A DNA stretch of 64,000 bases from an uncultured Candidatus Saccharibacteria bacterium (GTDB lineage: Bacteria; Patescibacteriota; Saccharimonadia; Saccharimonadales; 2-12-FULL-41-12), in NCBI GenBank assembly GCA_964573095.1, contig CAZNIK010000002.1, positions 7,230 through 71,229 of the forward strand. Reading direction: 5' to 3'. Under the pieces are notes generated by a model that had not been told where the DNA came from, did not search any database, and worked only from the letters and a program-made list of their open reading frames with translations. Below, piece after piece: positions 46,247 through 54,527 of the stretch. The position numbers and the translations under genes were made by a program. Positions within the stretch are counted from its first letter, which is position 1, and each line of letters opens with the position of its first letter.

Positions 46247-46782
46247 ACGTCGGCCTCGCCCTGCATCATTGGCGGGTTATTGGCCACAATTCCCTTCTCT
46301 CTTAAAATTCCAAGCAGTTTTTTCTGAGTTTTTGCAGGATGGTGAACATCGTGAATTACCAAATCACCAACAAATGTCTGCATCATTATTGTACCAAATC
46401 CCAGCACAGTTTCTTGAAATCCAGCGACTTCGTAGTTAACCATTTGGATCTGATTAAGACCAATGTCAACTACACTACGCTTCCAAAGCCCTTTTTGGGT
46501 AATCTGAATAAAACGCTGGTCGGTCAAAATGAATACGCTGTAAAACCAGGTAATCCAGGAGGGTAAAAACACAATGCCTGCCAGAATTAATCCCGCAGCA
46601 AGGCCACCAAAAAGATACGAATATTCGGGCTTAATGAGAGATGGAATAGTGCCAAGCAACACGGCAAGCATCGCCAGAATAAGACCGCGCCTCATCACGA
46701 TGGGGTGTTTGCGAAACACAAACAGCAGCTCTTCGCCATCAAGTTGGTCCTCAAAAAACTTTTCCGCCTTGTTTTCGCTCAT
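46243..46782 (-). CDS. YdbS/YdbT-like membrane protein with bacterial PH domain
   Basis: 179 aa. EELLFVFRKHPIVM, two TM helices, then FILTDQRFIQI...V..I.L..I. ATGA overlap with the next gene. Confidence 0.65.
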   Translation of the reverse strand: MSENKAEKFFEDQLDGEELLFVFRKHPIVMRRGLILAMLAVLLGTIPSLIKPEYSYLFGGLAAGLILAGIVFLPSWITWFYSVFILTDQRFIQITQKGLWKRSVVDIGLNQIQMVNYEVAGFQETVLGFGTIMMQTFVGDLVIHDVHHPAKTQKKLLGILREKGIVANNPPMMQGEADV

Positions 46783-46810
46783 GCTCAGATACGATTATAC
46801 CCTAGTAGGC

Positions 46811-46829
46811 TTGGTATCCCCACTACGAT
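46811..46829. repeat. 19-nt duplicate of the 3' end of tRNA-Arg (att-like scar)
   Basis: TTGGTATCCCCACTACGAT occurs at 46811-46829 and again at 46977-46995, where it is the tRNA-Arg acceptor/T-arm 3' end. Confidence 0.7.
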
Positions 46830-46977
46830 ATCGCGTGGCTACGCCACACTCCTCCCTGCGGTGCTCGACAATAAGATAATCAAGATTATCGTATTGCCTG
46901 TGCTCCTCGTACGCCGAACTTTGGTTCTCATAATAATTACATTACCAATAAATACACCCCTGGCGGGGTGAATGTAT

Positions 46978-47052
46978 TGGTATCCCCACTACGATTCGAA
47001 CGTAGATCTGCTCCTTAGGACGGAGATGTTCTATCCATTGAACTATGGGGAC
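46978..47052 (-). tRNA. tRNA-Arg (anticodon CCU), CCA encoded
   Basis: Minus strand: GTCCCCA-TA-GTTC-AATGGATA-GAAC-A-TCTCC-GTCCTAA-GGAGC-AGAT-CTACG-TTCGAAT-CGTAG-TGGGGAT-A-CCA. Followed by hairpin CACCCC-GCCA-GGGGTG plus TATTTATT. Confidence 0.85.
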
Positions 47053-47075
47053 AAATGTGACTGCCTGCTCTCTTA

Positions 47076-47585
47076 CTACTTTCTTTTTGGTTGAGTAAAC
47101 TTCTCGTGAACCGTTGGATAATTAAAAATTTCCGACTGACTAAACCAGTGGGCAATCTCGGCCTTGGCCTCATCAACATCACCAGACGCATGAATAATAT
47201 TGGCGATTCCCGTCTCTTCCGAATCAGCGTGATCGAAGCTGACATGGGCATAGTCGCCGCGAATCGTTCCTGGCAACGCGCTTTTTGGCTCGGTAGTACC
47301 GACCATTTTCCGCACAATCGAAACCGCGCCAACCCCTTCTAGCACAATCGCAATCACTGGCCCTTCTTGCATAAGCTGCAGCGTCACGTCGAATGCCTTT
47401 TGGCCACGACGCGAAATCATTTTGCTGATTGTCTCATAGTGATGATGGTAGTGCTCAGCGCTTGGTTGTAACATTTTTGCCGCGACAATCTTAAGTCCTG
47501 CTCGCTCAAAACGAGTAATAATCTCACCAACAAATCCACGCTGCAGGCTATCGGGTTTCAAAATAATCAACGTCCGTTCCATCAA
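47076..47585 (-). CDS. ndk: nucleoside diphosphate kinase
   Basis: 169 aa. ERTLIILKPDSLQRGFVGEIITRFERAGLKIVAAKM, GTIRGDYA, NIIHASGD (active-site His). Confidence 0.93.
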   Translation of the reverse strand: MMERTLIILKPDSLQRGFVGEIITRFERAGLKIVAAKMLQPSAEHYHHHYETISKMISRRGQKAFDVTLQLMQEGPVIAIVLEGVGAVSIVRKMVGTTEPKSALPGTIRGDYAHVSFDHADSEETGIANIIHASGDVDEAKAEIAHWFSQSEIFNYPTVHEKFTQPKRK

Positions 47586-47658
47586 ACATCCTTATTAGAA
47601 TTACATTTGTTTGCTATTACTGTAGATTGTACCAAATAACACCGTACTCGTCACAATT

Positions 47659-47698
47659 TAGTAGCACTTTCTAGACGATCGTCCCAAAAATGCTACTA
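47659..47698. repeat. 40-bp imperfect palindrome, copy 1 (operator/hairpin candidate)
   Basis: TAGTAGCACTTTCTA-GACGATCGTC-CCAAAAATGCTACTA. Ends 8 nt before ATG 47706 and overlaps a TGC-TACTAT extended -10. Confidence 0.5.
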
Positions 47699-47705
47699 TT
47701 TATAT

Positions 47706-48185
47706 ATGAGCCAGCGTGAAAAATCATCTACTCAGTATATCTTAGAGGCACTTATTCCCTATTCCAAGGCCAATATGCAGCTCGCGTTCAAGCCCTCCAG
47801 ATTTTTTGCGGAACTTGAAAGACTCGACCGTGTCAAAGAGCAGACAGCAAAAACGTCATTTTACCGCGCCGTGAGGAAAGGTTTGGTTGAGCTCGACGAT
47901 CAAGGAATACCTCGCCTAACCAACAAGGGTAACCGTCGAGTACTTCCCTTTTCGGCGCCCAAACTCAAGGGCGCTCACCTCATGATTGTTTTTGATATAC
48001 CAGAAGTGGATAGGTGGAAGCGGGGGCATTTACGGACATTGCTACTCGAACTATCGTTCAAACAAGTACAGAAAAGTGTCTGGACGAGCCCATACGATCA
48101 TCGGGAACTTTTGAAAATGGAGATTGAGGAACTGGGTTTAGGAAAAGAAATACGTCTGTTTGAAGCCAGAGATTTATTAAAATAG
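47706..48185 (+). CDS. wHTH + Cas2-fold (PaaX-like) putative regulator
   Basis: 159 aa. C-terminal HLMIVFDIPEVDRWKRGHLRTLLLELSFKQVQKSVW matches the beta-alpha-beta pattern of Cas2/PaaX-C domains. The N-terminus is wHTH-like. Confidence 0.5.
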   Translation: MSQREKSSTQYILEALIPYSKANMQLAFKPSRFFAELERLDRVKEQTAKTSFYRAVRKGLVELDDQGIPRLTNKGNRRVLPFSAPKLKGAHLMIVFDIPEVDRWKRGHLRTLLLELSFKQVQKSVWTSPYDHRELLKMEIEELGLGKEIRLFEARDLLK

Positions 48186-48221
48186 TAGCACTTTTGCGAC
48201 GATCGTCTAAAAAGTGTTACT
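48183..48221. repeat. 40-bp imperfect palindrome, copy 2
   Basis: TAGTAGCACTTTTGC-GACGATCGTC-TAAAAAGTGTTACT. Begins with the stop codon of the 159-aa gene and lies upstream of the recombinase gene. Confidence 0.5.
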
Positions 48222-48259
48222 TGGTGTGGTGTAGAGTGGAGTGTCGTACAATATGGGGT

Positions 48260-49189
48260 ATGGGTAAAGAATCGCAGCATGTGCAAGGGCTTCTGACGGA
48301 TTTTTTAGAGTATCTCGAGATCGAACAAAATCGATCACAAAAAACAATCGCAAACTATGACCACTACCTTACCCGCCTTATTGACTACGCGGGCGACATT
48401 ACAGTCGCGGAGATTACACCAGAACTGATCAGAAAATGGCGGCTTTGGCTTAATCGACTCGGCACCAATAGTAGTGACGAGCTGCAAAAGACAACCCAAA
48501 ATTATCATCTGATTGCCCTGCGCAGCTTCTTAAAGTATTGTGCCAAACGCGATATTCCAGCCCTCAGCGCCGATAAAATAGAGCTGGCCAGAACCAAGAG
48601 AAAACAAGTTACCTTCCTGTCTGATGAAGAAATGAATCGTTTGCTCGAGCAGCCAAACACCAACGAAGTGGGAGGCTTGAGAGACCGGGCAATTTTAGAA
48701 TTACTCTATTCGTCGGGGCTACGCGTCTCGGAGCTGGTAAGCCTTAACCGTGACCATATCAATCTGAAACGATTGGAGTTCATGGTTCGAGGAAAAGGCC
48801 AAAAAGACCGGCCGGTGTTTGTCAGCCCGCACGCGGCACAGTGGGTAGAGCGCTATATCAAAGCCCGAAAAGATAACAGCCCCGCACTATTTGCACGGAT
48901 TGGCGGCCAAAAAGCCATAGACCGATCGGGAGACCACCTGCGCCTTACCGCCCGCTCGGTACAGCGAATGGTGGCCCGCTACGCACTACTAGCGGGCATC
49001 ACCAAGCACGTCAGCCCTCATACCTTGCGACATAGTTTTGCGACCGATCTGTTGATGAACGGCGCGGACTTGCGAAGTGTGCAGGCAATGTTGGGCCACA
49101 GCAACATCGCAACTACCCAAATTTATACCCACGTCACTGACCCTCACCTAAAAGCGGTTCATGAGAAGTTTCATCGAAAAAACGACTAG
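48260..49189 (+). CDS. tyrosine site-specific recombinase, XerC/XerD family
   Basis: ORF open from 48194, but ATG 48260 (MGKESQHVQGLLTDFLEYLEIEQNRS) fits the Xer N-terminus. LLYSSGLRVSEL, HTLRHSFATDLL, LGHSNIATTQIYTHV give the R-H-R-Y residues. Confidence 0.88.
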   Translation: MGKESQHVQGLLTDFLEYLEIEQNRSQKTIANYDHYLTRLIDYAGDITVAEITPELIRKWRLWLNRLGTNSSDELQKTTQNYHLIALRSFLKYCAKRDIPALSADKIELARTKRKQVTFLSDEEMNRLLEQPNTNEVGGLRDRAILELLYSSGLRVSELVSLNRDHINLKRLEFMVRGKGQKDRPVFVSPHAAQWVERYIKARKDNSPALFARIGGQKAIDRSGDHLRLTARSVQRMVARYALLAGITKHVSPHTLRHSFATDLLMNGADLRSVQAMLGHSNIATTQIYTHVTDPHLKAVHEKFHRKND

Positions 49190-49190
49190 G

Positions 49191-50249
49191 CTAATCTACT
49201 GGACACTCGGGAATGTCAGACTTCACAGATCCGGTTGGATCTTTGGTGACACTCAAAACCTTACAAATTGATTCTGCAGAATGTAGTGCCGACTCAACGT
49301 TCCTGTATTGTGCATTCGCGGCCACTCGCACTTGAATTCGCTTGAGTACGTCGTTCGCTCTACCAGTAGAGTCAATCATAATTTGGGCGTTATTAAACCG
49401 AATCGTGTTGCCGCCTGCATCTTTGCCGCTAATGGTCACATCCGTAACCTCATAAAGTGATCGAATGTGCAGCACGCTGTTTGGTGTGTCGATATTCTTT
49501 ATGGTGATGCGACACTTTCTGGCACTGCTGCCGCTACAGTTGGCCTGGCCAATAATGCCTTGGTTATTTGGATAGGCTTTGCCGCTCATATCAATCCCGG
49601 CACCATTTGTGCTGTTTGGCAAAAGAAAGGCGTTGATATTAAACGTGTTTATTAAATCTCGTCTTCCCAAATCAGCTCGAGTAAGATCAATTCTTAGCCC
49701 ACCAACGGTACAGTTGTCTGGAAGTTTTGGCGGTAAATTCGCGTTACCACCAGAAAAAATACAACCAGACACCGCGCCACTGCCGTTGGCATCATCCCAA
49801 CTAAAGGTCAGTTCGTTGACGTTCACCGCGGCTTGTCCGTCAAGACTTCGTCCTTCGATCGGTATTAGTGTTGAATCGTTCACCTGTAAATTATCCAGCT
49901 CAATTGTTTCCGGTGCCTTGTCATAGAGCACACAGGTGTATCTGTTAACCCCGTCCGGGCCATCAATTTCGTTAGTAATAGGAGCCAAATAATCGGTGTT
50001 GCAATCGGTGTTTTTTATGCTAGCAGTTGGGGTTTTGTAGAGATAATTGACTACGTCGTTGACACCAGTTTCGGCGTTATAAAAAGCTTGGTCACTCAGT
50101 TGCCTGTCCAGCGCTTGGCGTTGCTCGTTACGAGCGTTTTGGGACATTGCCAGCACGATCAGCGATAGCATCAGCACGATGATAATTGCCACAATGAGCG
50201 ACACTACACCTTGTTCGTCGTTCTTTAATTTTTTGTGTGTGGTAGCCAT
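49191..50249 (-). CDS. PilX-like pilus-associated protein
   Basis: 352 aa. EQGVVSLIVAIIIVLMLSLIVLAMSQ...AFYNAETGVND matches the PilX N-terminal pattern. Confidence 0.65.
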   Translation of the reverse strand: MATTHKKLKNDEQGVVSLIVAIIIVLMLSLIVLAMSQNARNEQRQALDRQLSDQAFYNAETGVNDVVNYLYKTPTASIKNTDCNTDYLAPITNEIDGPDGVNRYTCVLYDKAPETIELDNLQVNDSTLIPIEGRSLDGQAAVNVNELTFSWDDANGSGAVSGCIFSGGNANLPPKLPDNCTVGGLRIDLTRADLGRRDLINTFNINAFLLPNSTNGAGIDMSGKAYPNNQGIIGQANCSGSSARKCRITIKNIDTPNSVLHIRSLYEVTDVTISGKDAGGNTIRFNNAQIMIDSTGRANDVLKRIQVRVAANAQYRNVESALHSAESICKVLSVTKDPTGSVKSDIPECPVD

Positions 50250-50260
50250 AAGTACGTACG

Positions 50261-50890
50261 TTAATTTAATCGTCTTTTTACAGAGTTGTCCAGTAGTGAG
50301 GTGGCGCAGAAATTACTGCCAGCAATGCCCGACTTGCAATTGGCATCTTTTGGCTGGGAGTTGTTTATTGGATTGCCGTTGTCATCATAGTGGGTTAATA
50401 AATCATCATCGCCATAGGCGACTTTTATGGTAACCGTAAATATCTTGTTTGAAGCGTCCGGCGTAACACGAAAATCCAACAAACGCATATTAGTCTGCAA
50501 AAATTCCCTACCGCTCGGGTCGCTTTTGCAGGTGTCTCCCGAGTTGATTCGATCAATTTTGAGCCCATAATCATTTGATGCCGACGTGCCTTCGACTTTT
50601 TTGTTTAATTGATAGGTGTAGCGCGTATCACCAATGCAGAATTGTTTTTTAGGATCGTTTGGTTGTGCAGGATCTACCTTCCTTAGATCGCCGTTGGCAA
50701 ACTGGATCGTCCGCGTCACTTCTTCTGAAATATTTCTAACGGTTTCTTGGGTTTTGGATTGCACAAGCCCCTTGTAGTAACTTCTGCCGATATGAATCGC
50801 CGTGGTAGTTGCAATCAATAGCACAATGCTAAAGGCCAGTGTTGCCACCATTAACTCAATAAGCGTAAAACCTTTATTGTTTTTTTTCAT
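50261..50890 (-). CDS. type IV minor pilin (PilW/GspJ-like)
   Basis: 209 aa. KG|FTLIELMVA prepilin cleavage/methylation motif with Glu at +5. Confidence 0.8.
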   Translation of the reverse strand: MKKNNKGFTLIELMVATLAFSIVLLIATTTAIHIGRSYYKGLVQSKTQETVRNISEEVTRTIQFANGDLRKVDPAQPNDPKKQFCIGDTRYTYQLNKKVEGTSASNDYGLKIDRINSGDTCKSDPSGREFLQTNMRLLDFRVTPDASNKIFTVTIKVAYGDDDLLTHYDDNGNPINNSQPKDANCKSGIAGSNFCATSLLDNSVKRRLN

Positions 50891-50966
50891 GTGTTAGCCA
50901 CCGGAAACTACATAAAGCATAACCACTACTGTAGATTAAAGTCTTAACAAGGGCAAGGCTTGGTGG

Positions 50967-52601
50967 TTATTGATTTTTTGTGCGAACCGCTCGTTTCATC
51001 AGCTTTTGGCGATAGTTCCAGCCAATTTTTGCGACAATCACAACTGCGCTTACTCCCAACACCCATTCTCCCAGCTGGCTATACACGGTTTTGGTGCGAT
51101 TGGTCATAATGCCAGCCGTAATGAGGCCAGGATTGGTTTGCGTCGTCGAAGCGAGCAGCCTTCCGTTGTGGTCAACCACCGCGCTACTGCCAGCTTTTGC
51201 AGATTGCACAAAGGGTCGCGCGTTGCTGACGGTGATAAAACGAGCAATCTGCTGCGCTTGGGCATGATACGTCGGAGCGTTGGCAAACATCACGAGCGAT
51301 GCCGAGTTTGTCAGCAGTTCGGCGCCAGACTGTACTTGAGATCGAAACTGTTCTGGATACACTGCCCCCGAGCACGCCGTTGCTGCAATGAGGTGTCCAC
51401 TCGCCCGAAACGGCATCGCTTCGGTTTGTCCTTTATGAATCTCGCGGCTACCACGAATCATCTCCAACATCTGGGTTTGACCAAGCATTTTATAGATGTA
51501 TTCGTAGCTATATGGCATTGCCTCACCGACAGGAATCAGCAATATTTTGTCGTGTTGATACAGCGGCTGGGCAGAAGAATTGTAGGCAATTAGTGTGTTG
51601 TGGTTCTTGCCGTTTTCGGTCCGTTTTTTTGAGGTAATTATTGGGGACTGCGGACTCGACATAAGCCTGCCCAAAGTGACACTGTCAGCTTGTTTGCTCT
51701 TTTCAAAAATAGAGACGTATTCTGGCAGCACTAAAACGTCTAAGCCCAAAGGTTGGGTTTTAGATTCTTGAGCTTCGGCAAGCACTCTGCTGGTTTCGTC
51801 CGTTGCCGCCGATGCGACTTGCAGTGCACCAACCTTTAACTCAGAACCACGGGGCGTTGCGTAGCCAGCGTAGCCCAGGCCGACTAGAAGCATCACTGCC
51901 AGTAACACCATACTGCTGAACTTCCAGCGCTGATGAAGCAGCCAAAAGAGTGCCAGATTTACCAAGATTACAATGACGCCAAGACCATACAGACCGACCA
52001 GCCGACTCGAATACACCAGCACCGTCGAGCTGGCGGGAAACCCCAGGTCGCCAAAATTCCAATTCGCTCCAATGCTGCCATTGGAGCCGTACATTGCAAG
52101 CGAATATAGCCAACTGCGAAGAAATTCGCAGACCACCCATAGGGCTGGCACAAACAAAAACGCTTGCGGTGATAAGAGCCGCAGATTTAACGCGCGATAT
52201 AGATAACCAAAAAGCACAAAACCAAGTGACAAAATGCCCGCAAACCCAAAATAGGTAAAGAATAGCCCAAACGTTACCCAGCCGCTTTGTAGTCCAGCAA
52301 GAAATACCGTGTCGAGCTGGGTGACCCAAAACAGCACAATCAACATCATGATGAGACCCGCCAGCCACACAAAAAAGACAAACCAACGAGTCGATACCTT
52401 TTGCTTTTCTAAGTCATAGATTAGGTACAAAAAAGGCAGCACTACCACGAGCACTAGCCAACTTGAAACAGTGCTTATAAATGGCAACGCCAAACAGATC
52501 CCCGCAGTAATGGACTTTACAAATAGCATTAGTCGGTGCCGGTTAGGCGCCTGGGTTTGAGTCTGTGCCACTCCAGTTTGTTTTTTCGTATGAGCTACCA
52601 C
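50967..52601 (-). CDS. lnt: apolipoprotein N-acyltransferase-like protein (polytopic N-domain + CN-hydrolase domain)
   Basis: 544 aa with about 8 TM helices. CEFLRSW...NWNFGDLGFP, DVLVLPEY (Glu), HDKILLIPVGEAMPY (Lys), ATACSGAVYPE (Cys). Confidence 0.7.
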   Translation of the reverse strand: MVAHTKKQTGVAQTQTQAPNRHRLMLFVKSITAGICLALPFISTVSSWLVLVVVLPFLYLIYDLEKQKVSTRWFVFFVWLAGLIMMLIVLFWVTQLDTVFLAGLQSGWVTFGLFFTYFGFAGILSLGFVLFGYLYRALNLRLLSPQAFLFVPALWVVCEFLRSWLYSLAMYGSNGSIGANWNFGDLGFPASSTVLVYSSRLVGLYGLGVIVILVNLALFWLLHQRWKFSSMVLLAVMLLVGLGYAGYATPRGSELKVGALQVASAATDETSRVLAEAQESKTQPLGLDVLVLPEYVSIFEKSKQADSVTLGRLMSSPQSPIITSKKRTENGKNHNTLIAYNSSAQPLYQHDKILLIPVGEAMPYSYEYIYKMLGQTQMLEMIRGSREIHKGQTEAMPFRASGHLIAATACSGAVYPEQFRSQVQSGAELLTNSASLVMFANAPTYHAQAQQIARFITVSNARPFVQSAKAGSSAVVDHNGRLLASTTQTNPGLITAGIMTNRTKTVYSQLGEWVLGVSAVVIVAKIGWNYRQKLMKRAVRTKNQ

Positions 52602-52662
52602 TGTTTACCAACCATGATATTATATACCATAAGAAGTTTGTAATGACTGGAGTGTTGATTAT

Positions 52663-53196
52663 ATGAGTACTGCTTCCCCTGCGCCAAAGCGAAAAAAATT
52701 ACTGCTTGTCGGAACCATCGGAATTGTCATAGTCGCAGTTGGCGGGGGTCTGATCTACCTGCAAGTTCGAGATCGCCCATTTAGCAATCCGCCCAAACCA
52801 AGCACCTCTAGCCCAGGGCCACCACAAAACGTAATTACTCAGTTCGAAGACAGCGTTCCGAGCGGAACAATTAGCCCCAGCGAAATTACAAAAGACCCAA
52901 ATAAATTTAGTGGCAAAGAAGTAAAAGTGCGCGGCATCATCATCCAAATGACTGACGGCAAATATTTTGTGGTTGGGCAAGAAAAAACCAACCCTCCCGC
53001 GATAGCTCTTGATCTGACAAACAGTGGCATCAAAATTGATGACTACGTTAGTGCCTACGCTGACCCAAACAAGACGACTCCCCAAGAAAACGGCAGCAAT
53101 ACGCCCAAAAACATCGGGCCAGTTACCGTTACGGCAACTTTTAGCGCTGGACCAACAACCGCCAGCCTAAAGGTCAAAAAGATCGAGACCAGATAA
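52663..53196 (+). CDS. hypothetical anchored protein
   Basis: 177 aa. N-terminal TM helix, P/S linker, small beta-rich ectodomain. The only plus-strand gene inside the pilus region. Confidence 0.5.
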   Translation: MSTASPAPKRKKLLLVGTIGIVIVAVGGGLIYLQVRDRPFSNPPKPSTSSPGPPQNVITQFEDSVPSGTISPSEITKDPNKFSGKEVKVRGIIIQMTDGKYFVVGQEKTNPPAIALDLTNSGIKIDDYVSAYADPNKTTPQENGSNTPKNIGPVTVTATFSAGPTTASLKVKKIETR

Positions 53197-53225
53197 AAAC
53201 CTAACTTCTGTGATGAATCGGGGGG

Positions 53226-54527
53226 TTAAGGGCAGCCTGTGTAGTTTACTGTTACATTTTCGGTATATGTTTCTGATATATAGCCGAGAAATGGTTGCCC
53301 CGACCACAACTCAAAGCGGTTGTACCAGGCATTGCTCTCATTGGGATTTGAGGTGTTGAGTAGCGCATAGCGCACCGTGACAGTTCCTCGTCCGGCGACA
53401 CTTTGTTCTGTAGCATAATATTCGGCTGGAAAACCAGACTTGTTATTGCCAATGGCATAGCGAGGATTCGGCGGACCTTGCCAGGGAGTATATGGACCAT
53501 ACGGCCCCCAGCCAGGACCGGTGTGCTGCCACCAATAAATAGTGGGGCCATACTGAGGAACAAGCCGCGTGCGAGTCACGGTTTCAGTTCTTGTCTTTGG
53601 AATATTACATATTGGTTGAATGACAAAATTATGGTTTCTGGTGCTTGCCAATTCGCCAGCGTTTACCGTGACTGAGCTTTGCGGACAGACTTGGTAATTC
53701 GCTGGCAAAGAGGCTGCCTGTAAGCTCAAGATATAGGGCCTTCCAGGTGCTAGACCATCAAACGTCGCGGGAGCATTCGACGAAGCTGAAATGCCTTGAC
53801 CAGTTATGCTCACCACGGGGGTGGTAATTGACGAGCCGACAGCACTGCAAGGAGGGGGGGTTGTGTCATTCGGTCCGGCTCGAAGTTGTTGCACGCTGAC
53901 GGTAATTTTTGGTGGAATTGGCGTACATACCGTCGCCTCACCGCCAGGACTGCCATAACCTTGCTGGCAAGGCTCACAGTTACCCACGCTAGTTCGTATG
54001 GAACCTTGAGCACAGCCGCCGACCGAAAGTGGCGAGTCGCCGAGCGCCGCAATGGTATCTGGATAGATTCGATAGACCATCGTGGCCTCGTCTATGCCAT
54101 CTCCGTTGACTTTTTCCCATCTAGTATGGGCCGTGAAGGTATTTCCCTGTCTTGAGACAAAGGTGTAGTAAAACTCGCCGTTTTTACACTCAGCCGGGTA
54201 CGAAATAAAGTTTTCTTGTTGGGCGTCTGCGGGTGGCGACTTGCCCGCGTCAAAGGCTTGAATGGTGCCGTCTGTTTTCATGCAAAAAACCGACCCACTT
54301 CCTGGTATGGCATTCGAAACACTTGCCACCGAGGCGTATTGTTTTAGTTTTTCGATCTGGGTTTCGGTTAGCTTGAACGATTCACCGCGTTCTTGTGATT
54401 GACGAACCGCCAGTGAACTTTTGTTGGCCAGCGTGTAGGACGCACCCATAATAAAACTCAGCACCGTAATTGCAATCAGAACTTCGACAATGGTGTCGCC
54501 GCGGTGGTTTTTTAGAAAGTTTTTCAC
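53226..54527 (-). CDS. large type IV pilin-like protein (minor pilin / tip-adhesin candidate)
   Basis: 433 aa. RG|DTIVEVLIAITVL prepilin motif with Glu at +5. Cys-containing and W/Y/P-rich C-terminal domain. Confidence 0.75.
   Translation of the reverse strand: MKNFLKNHRGDTIVEVLIAITVLSFIMGASYTLANKSSLAVRQSQERGESFKLTETQIEKLKQYASVASVSNAIPGSGSVFCMKTDGTIQAFDAGKSPPADAQQENFISYPAECKNGEFYYTFVSRQGNTFTAHTRWEKVNGDGIDEATMVYRIYPDTIAALGDSPLSVGGCAQGSIRTSVGNCEPCQQGYGSPGGEATVCTPIPPKITVSVQQLRAGPNDTTPPPCSAVGSSITTPVVSITGQGISASSNAPATFDGLAPGRPYILSLQAASLPANYQVCPQSSVTVNAGELASTRNHNFVIQPICNIPKTRTETVTRTRLVPQYGPTIYWWQHTGPGWGPYGPYTPWQGPPNPRYAIGNNKSGFPAEYYATEQSVAGRGTVTVRYALLNTSNPNESNAWYNRFELWSGQPFLGYISETYTENVTVNYTGCP

Noticed and set aside
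47706-48185. CRISPR-Cas locus implied by the Cas2-like fold
   Set aside because: No repeat-spacer array and no other cas gene is present anywhere in the window. The protein is treated as a regulator-type Cas2/PaaX-fold protein.
48194-49189. Recombinase as integrase of an active mobile element
   Set aside because: Its sequence looks like the housekeeping XerC/XerD type, and the genes around it (ndk, pilus genes) are core-like. No terminal repeats bracket it. Only the nearby tRNA-Arg scar hints at past integration.
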